NCBI GenBank assembly: GCA_964605715.1
Contig: CAZSDV010000001.1
Coordinates: forward strand, 12,022-52,701
Length of the DNA stretch: 40,680 nucleotides
Source of the DNA: an uncultured Acidobacteriota bacterium
GTDB taxonomy: Bacteria > Acidobacteriota > Terriglobia > UBA7540 > JAPUME01
Direction: 5' to 3'
The translations under genes and the position numbers were made by a program. The notes under the pieces were generated by a model. The model had not been told where the DNA came from. It saw nothing but the letters and a program-made list of their open reading frames with translations, and made no database searches. Position 1 is the stretch's first letter, and every line of letters begins with the position of its first letter. This document shows, in pieces, positions 35,270 through 40,680 of this stretch.

Positions 35270-35343
35270 TGGCTGGGAGGCCTGGGCTCGAACCAGAATT
35301 CCATGCTCCAAAGGCATGTGTCCTACCATTGGACGACCTCCCA
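35270..35343 (-). tRNA. tRNA-Gln (anticodon TTG), CCA encoded
   Basis: Minus strand: TGGGAGG TC GTCC AATGGTA GGAC A CATGC CT TTG GA GCATG GAAT TCTGG TTCGAGC CCAGG CCTCCCA G CCA. Full cloverleaf, in the conserved ispE-tRNA-Gln-prs position. Confidence 0.97.
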
Positions 35344-35415
35344 GGAGGCTAATGGGTTATCTTGTCCTCGACATCTGGCTACCTTGCAATAAGCAATGGA
35401 GCCGGCCATCCCTCT

Positions 35416-36306
35416 CTACTCTACCTGAGTTCTTTTGTATGAGGCGCGCCCTAAAGTTGTTGTCCGCAAGGCTGTCCAGCCTCGGGGCACAGAATACAAG
35501 CCCCTCTTAAGATCATGCGCGGTCCTGAAGATTGCATAAACGGCTGATCCTGAGCCACTCAGCGAAACAGGATCCCCACCGGCTTTCAGGAGCTGCCGCT
35601 TCAGGCGGGCTAACTCCGGCCACTTTTCGAGGACGACGGATTCAAAATCGTTCTCAACCGAACTCCACTTTTCCAGGGAGAATGGTGATAGCTTTCCGGA
35701 ACAATTAATGTTAGGTGGCTGGCGGAGTCCTGTCAACTTCAAACTCATCCATTGATAGGCTTCCTTTGTTGAAATTTCATAATTTGGAAAAACAATCAGG
35801 CAGCGACGCATCGGCAAATCAGTTAAGGGGTACACTTCTTCCCCGCGGCCTAGTGCTAACGCTCGACCTCCAGACAAGAAAAAGGGAATGTCAGATCCTA
35901 GTTGAGCTGCTAATTGAAGACATTCAGACACGGGAAGTTTATTTCCAGTGATTTTTTCAAGTCCTAAAAGTGTTGCTGCCGCGTCGCTGGAAGCCCCGCC
36001 TAACCCGCTGCCGACTGGTATGTTTTTCTTAAGCCGTACCTCAATTCCAGTGCTAAGGCCCCGTTTACGTCGCCAGATTGCGGCAGTTCGATATATTAAA
36101 CTCCTGGCTCCCGATGGGATCTCGGGAACGTCGCAGAAGATTTTTATCGATCGATCTCGCTTTTTGAGAATCAATTCGAGGCGGTCATGCAGGCGAACTG
36201 TTTGTAATACCGTTCGGATCTCATGGTAACAATCAGGTCGCCGGCCTAGAATTCTAAGTCCTAGATTAATTTTGGCAAAAGCACGCAATTGAAGCGAAGT
36301 ATTCAA
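35416..36306 (-). CDS. ispE: 4-diphosphocytidyl-2-C-methyl-D-erythritol kinase
   Basis: AKINL.L, K.IPVGSGLGGASSDAA, LGSDIPFF, NDFE and LSGSGS. Confidence 0.97.
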   Translation of the reverse strand: MNTSLQLRAFAKINLGLRILGRRPDCYHEIRTVLQTVRLHDRLELILKKRDRSIKIFCDVPEIPSGARSLIYRTAAIWRRKRGLSTGIEVRLKKNIPVGSGLGGASSDAAATLLGLEKITGNKLPVSECLQLAAQLGSDIPFFLSGGRALALGRGEEVYPLTDLPMRRCLIVFPNYEISTKEAYQWMSLKLTGLRQPPNINCSGKLSPFSLEKWSSVENDFESVVLEKWPELARLKRQLLKAGGDPVSLSGSGSAVYAIFRTAHDLKRGLYSVPRGWTALRTTTLGRASYKRTQVE

Positions 36307-36324
36307 GGTGTGAATTCGATCGGG

Positions 36325-38385
36325 TCAGCGACCACTGGATGAGTTTTCTAGTTTCTCGAGTTGCTCTCGGAGTTCCTGGGCGTGAAAAGAATCAAATTCA
36401 CCACCTTTCGCCTCTGGCCAGGTTTCGAGAGCCCGCTTCCAGGCATCCTGCGCCTGTTCGGTGCGTCCAGTGTTATAGTAAAGGTACCCTAAGTGTTTGT
36501 GGATGGTTGGATCATGGGATATTCGCCGGGCTGCTTCTTCCAGGTGAATTTCCGCCAAGTTGTATTTTCTCATTTTGAAATAGGCCCAACCTAGAGAGTC
36601 AAGATAGGCGCCATTCTTCGGCTCCATTTCTAGTGCTTTTCGGATGTAGCGAACGGACTCCTCCAGGCGTATGCCTTGTTCGGCAAGCATGTAGCCAAGA
36701 TAATTTGATGCACCAGCGTTGAATGGATTTATTTTAAGAACTTGCTTGAATTGGTCCTCTGCTAAATCAAACTTCTTTTGCCTTTCATATATGGATCCCA
36801 ATAAAAAAATTCCGTATTCGCTGTTCGGTTGACTTGTTGATAAAGCTAAGGCCTTGCGGGTCCATTCTTCCGCAGTTTCGAGGTTCTGAGCCTGGAAGTA
36901 GACTTGTCCGATGGCCAACAGTAATTCTTGGTCTTCTTCGTTTCCAGAACCGAGCTTTTTCAGTTGAGTAATTGCTTCTTCAATTTTTCCATCGAGACCT
37001 AGTAGTGATGCCTGCAGTAATTGGAGCTGACGATTATCAGGGTACTTTCCGATAGCCTCGGAGGCTACTTTCAGGGCTTCTGGCAGGTTGCCGGAAAGTC
37101 GATGAGTTTCAGAAATAAGCACTTCAGCTCTGGGAATATGGATTGGGCCAAGCTCACGAATGCTGCTGAAAGCACTAAGGGCCAGGTCAAATTTTTCCAA
37201 TGCCCGGTAGGAGAGGCCCTTTCTTTCGAGAAAAACAGCTCGGTTTGTTGCCTCCCCAACTGGGTAATTCCCTGAGTCCTTTTTGGTGGATTCCAGAAAC
37301 TCGGTTATTAGGGAAATAGCCTCTTCCTCACGCCCCAATGTTTCTTTAAGATGAATGTCACTGTATAGAATCTCGATATTTTCTGGCTGAGCCCTCCGGG
37401 CACGCTCGATGGCACGTTCCGCTTCCCTAAGGTTTCCTTCCCTGCGTAAGATTTCCGATAGTAATCGGTGAGCTTCCCCATTTTGTTCGTTTTCTTTTAG
37501 TAACTTTTTTAGCTCGGGTTTCGCACGGTCGAAGTCTCGCAGGGCTACCAGAACCCGGGTATACATTTGCCGAACCTGTTGGTTATCAGGTTGTTGTTTA
37601 AGGGCACTTTCGTAGTGGCGCGATGACTCCTTCAGCTGTCCAGTTTGCTGGTAAGCAAAGGCTAGTACAGCTAGGATTTGAGTGGGCAAGTTTTCTTGTT
37701 GCTCCTCTCTTAAGAGCTCAATGACCTGTTCGTAATCTCCACGATCCGAATAGAGTTGGGCTAGGCTGCTGAGACCGCGTCGTGAATTTGGCCGGCTTGC
37801 CAATATTTTTTTGAGGGTTTCTTCGGCCTTCTGAATCTGGTTATTCATTCGGTAAAGGCGGGCTAGGGTGAAGAGGGAATCCAGGTCACCATTGATTTTT
37901 CGTCAGACAATCTCAAAGTGGGAAAGTGCCTTACGGATATTTTCCTGTGACGACTGGCCTAAATTACGCTTACCGAGGGTACGAACGTAAATGTTTCCAA
38001 TTAGCCGATTGGCATCGGTATTTTCTGGATCTGATTCCAGGACCCGTTTCGATTCCTTTATAGCCTCATCCGAGCGACCGATACTTGCATAGAGCCCTGC
38101 CAGTTCTGTTTGAAGAAATAGTGATTCTGGATTAGCCTCTATGGCTTTTTGATATTCTGAGATTGACCTCTCTGCCAGGTGCAAGCGATTATAAACACGA
38201 GACAGTTCACGATATCGACGGCCTAGCATATAGTGGTAATAAGAGCGAGCACGGTCCACCCGTGGGGCTGGCTGGAACTCGACAGGTTCGCCGGGCTTAA
38301 GCGTCGGTATCTGAGCCCACGCGACGGTAGTACCCGCCAGGAAAAGGAGGCCAACTCCTATCCTTGCAACCACTGCTGGCTTCAT
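36325..38385 (-). pseudogene. Large exported TPR protein (about 686 codons) interrupted by one in-frame TGA at 37903-37905
   Basis: ORFs 37903..38427 and 36325..37848 share a frame: ...ALSHFEIV*RKINGDLDSLFTLARLYRMNNQ... Signal peptide from ATG 38385 (MKPAVV...AWA-Q). The C-terminal NYLGYMLA...NGAYLDSLGWAY motif is typical of the TPR gene found upstream of ispE. Confidence 0.8.
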
Positions 38386-38415
38386 TGGAATCTCATCCTG
38401 TCTTGAATTAGGGCC

Positions 38416-38444
38416 ATTATTACACAACCATTTAGCCCTGTCAA
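38416..38444 (-). promoter_or_regulatory. Putative sigma70 promoter of the TPR-ispE unit
   Basis: Minus strand reads TTGACA-17 nt-AATAAT with TG just upstream of the -10 box. Confidence 0.65.
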
Positions 38445-38500
38445 AATCAGTACATGGTTACGTATGTGGCACAGAGGAAGAGTGTTTTAAGATGAGTTTA

Positions 38501-40039
38501 CTAAAGAATCCTTAGGTCTTTACCGTTCATCTCAGGAGGCTGTGGGAGATTACTTAACCCAAGAAAGGTGGGAGCAATGTCGCTAAGCGCTCCTTCCTGG
38601 CGGAGACTAATAGGCGCCTGCTCGGCGACGACAATTAGCGGTACCAAGTTTGTTGTGTGCGCCGTGTGCGGAGCCCCCGTTATAGGGTTTTGCATCAATT
38701 CGGCGTTACCATGGTCGGCGGTGATGATCATTGAGCCACCCGCCATTTTGACAGAACGGTAAATTTCTGAAAGTCCAGCGTCAATGGCTTCTACTGCTTT
38801 TATGGTTGCCTCTAGTTTTCCACTGTGGCCGACCATATCTGCATTAGCAAAATTGGCGATAATGGCATCCCGGCTGCCCTCTTCTATGAACTTAACTACC
38901 GTATCGGTGATGCCCTGAGCGCTCATCTCAGGTTTTAGATCGTACGTGGAAACTTTTGGTGAGGGAATCAGGATACGGTCCTCTCCTGGGTAGGCCTTTT
39001 CGATTCCTCCATTAAGAAAATAGGTGACGTGTGCATATTTTTCTGTTTCCGCGACACGGAGATTCTTAATTTTCATTTCTGCAAAAACATTTGCAAGAAT
39101 GTGATCTATTCCATGAGCACCAAAGGCATAGGGAAGGCCAAATTTATTGCTGTACTCTGTCATGCAGACGAAAAATAGATTACCTGGAAGATTATGTCGC
39201 GGAAAGCTATCGAAATCTTTTTGGGTTAGAGCACGCGTCAATTGTCGGGCACGGTCAGCTCGGAAGTTGAAAAACATGACAGCATCGCCTTCCCGGATGC
39301 TCCCTTCAGGTCTACCTGTTGATCCGCCAATGATCATGGGAAGGACGAACTCATCAGTTATCCCTTGCCCATAGGAGGTGCGGAGGGTTTGTTGGGGATC
39401 TGCGGTACGGATTCCCTGGCCCGGTACCAACGCACTATAAGCTTTTTCCGTGCGGTCCCAACGATGGTCGCGATCCATGGCGTAGTATCGACCTGAAACG
39501 CTGGCGACCTTACCCACGCTGTACTCGTTGATCTTTTGTTGTAACTCAGCTAGGTATTTGACGCCATGCGTGGGTGGCGTATCACGGCCATCCATCAGGG
39601 CGTGAATAAATACCTCTTTCAGTTGGTTTTCCTTGGCCATTCGTAATAGAGCATAGAGATGACGGGGGTGTGCATGCACACCCCCGTCACTCAGCAATCC
39701 AATTAGATGGAGACGGGATTTTCGGCCGCGCTCCATTAGTTTTAGTAGGGTTGGAATGCGAAAAAATCCACCCTCTTTGATTGATTTGTCGATACGAGTT
39801 AACTGCTGGAAAACGACGCGCCCAGCGCCTATGTTCAGATGACCTACTTCGGAGTTGCCCATAAGCCCTCCTGGTAGGCCAACTCGCTTACCGGAGGTAT
39901 GGACTAAGGTGCTCGGGTAATTCTTTGCCAGGTGGTCCCAGGTTGGGGTCTGGGCTAGGGCGATCGCGTTCGAATCAGGGTAAGGATTGTATCCCCAACC
40001 GTCGAGGATTATGAGCACCGTAGGGCGTGGAGATTTCAC
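38501..40039 (-). CDS. gpmI: 2,3-bisphosphoglycerate-independent phosphoglycerate mutase
   Basis: LIILDGWG, MGNSEVGH, DGRD, GRYYAMDRD, NFRADR, AETEKYAHVT, DMVGH and TADHGN. Confidence 0.98.
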   Translation of the reverse strand: MKSPRPTVLIILDGWGYNPYPDSNAIALAQTPTWDHLAKNYPSTLVHTSGKRVGLPGGLMGNSEVGHLNIGAGRVVFQQLTRIDKSIKEGGFFRIPTLLKLMERGRKSRLHLIGLLSDGGVHAHPRHLYALLRMAKENQLKEVFIHALMDGRDTPPTHGVKYLAELQQKINEYSVGKVASVSGRYYAMDRDHRWDRTEKAYSALVPGQGIRTADPQQTLRTSYGQGITDEFVLPMIIGGSTGRPEGSIREGDAVMFFNFRADRARQLTRALTQKDFDSFPRHNLPGNLFFVCMTEYSNKFGLPYAFGAHGIDHILANVFAEMKIKNLRVAETEKYAHVTYFLNGGIEKAYPGEDRILIPSPKVSTYDLKPEMSAQGITDTVVKFIEEGSRDAIIANFANADMVGHSGKLEATIKAVEAIDAGLSEIYRSVKMAGGSMIITADHGNAELMQNPITGAPHTAHTTNLVPLIVVAEQAPISLRQEGALSDIAPTFLGLSNLPQPPEMNGKDLRIL

Positions 40040-40105
40040 GGGTGAATATCCTAAATAGCCAGAAGTAGGTTAGGTAGCAGGTTGTTGGCTCCTGCTAAAA
40101 ACTTC

Positions 40106-40678
<573 letters not shown>

Positions 40679-40680
40679 TA

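Noticed and set aside
37903-37905. Genome-wide TGA recoding (code 4 or 25)
   Set aside because: Several genes end cleanly at TGA just before the next gene (for example at 7655 and 8815), and Trp is encoded by TGG in conserved motifs.

Overview
Chromosomal segment of a bacterium using the standard genetic code, most likely Acidobacteriota. That call is inferred from an acidobacterial-type VWA protein, an Oar-like TonB-dependent receptor, many TPR proteins and the gene order. From left to right: the end of an isc Fe-S cluster (fdx, iscX) and a DegP/HtrA protease; a divergent GT2 / GT-C glycosyltransferase pair; mqnE; a five-gene sugar-utilisation locus (TIM-barrel isomerase-like protein, Gfo/Idh/MocA oxidoreductase, beta-propeller/HEAT/cytochrome c protein, DUF1080, TonB-dependent receptor); an isolated ArsS-like radical SAM gene; a VWA protein; an orphan promoter-to-terminator unit of about 180 nt; an OPT transporter; thiI; a signal-peptide-bearing TldD/TldE pair; and a housekeeping block on the minus strand (eno, gpmI, TPR gene split by an in-frame TGA, ispE, tRNA-Gln, prs, rplY, pth, rpsF, rpsR, rplI, dnaB, alr). 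I saw no mobile elements, CRISPR arrays or rRNA. The best candidates for new biology are a 3-keto-glycoside-type catabolic locus with a periplasmic heme protein, the orphan small transcription unit with a Lys/Ala-rich micro-frame that lacks a canonical start, and an apparently exported TldDE protease. All calls come from reading motifs by eye; no database searches were run.
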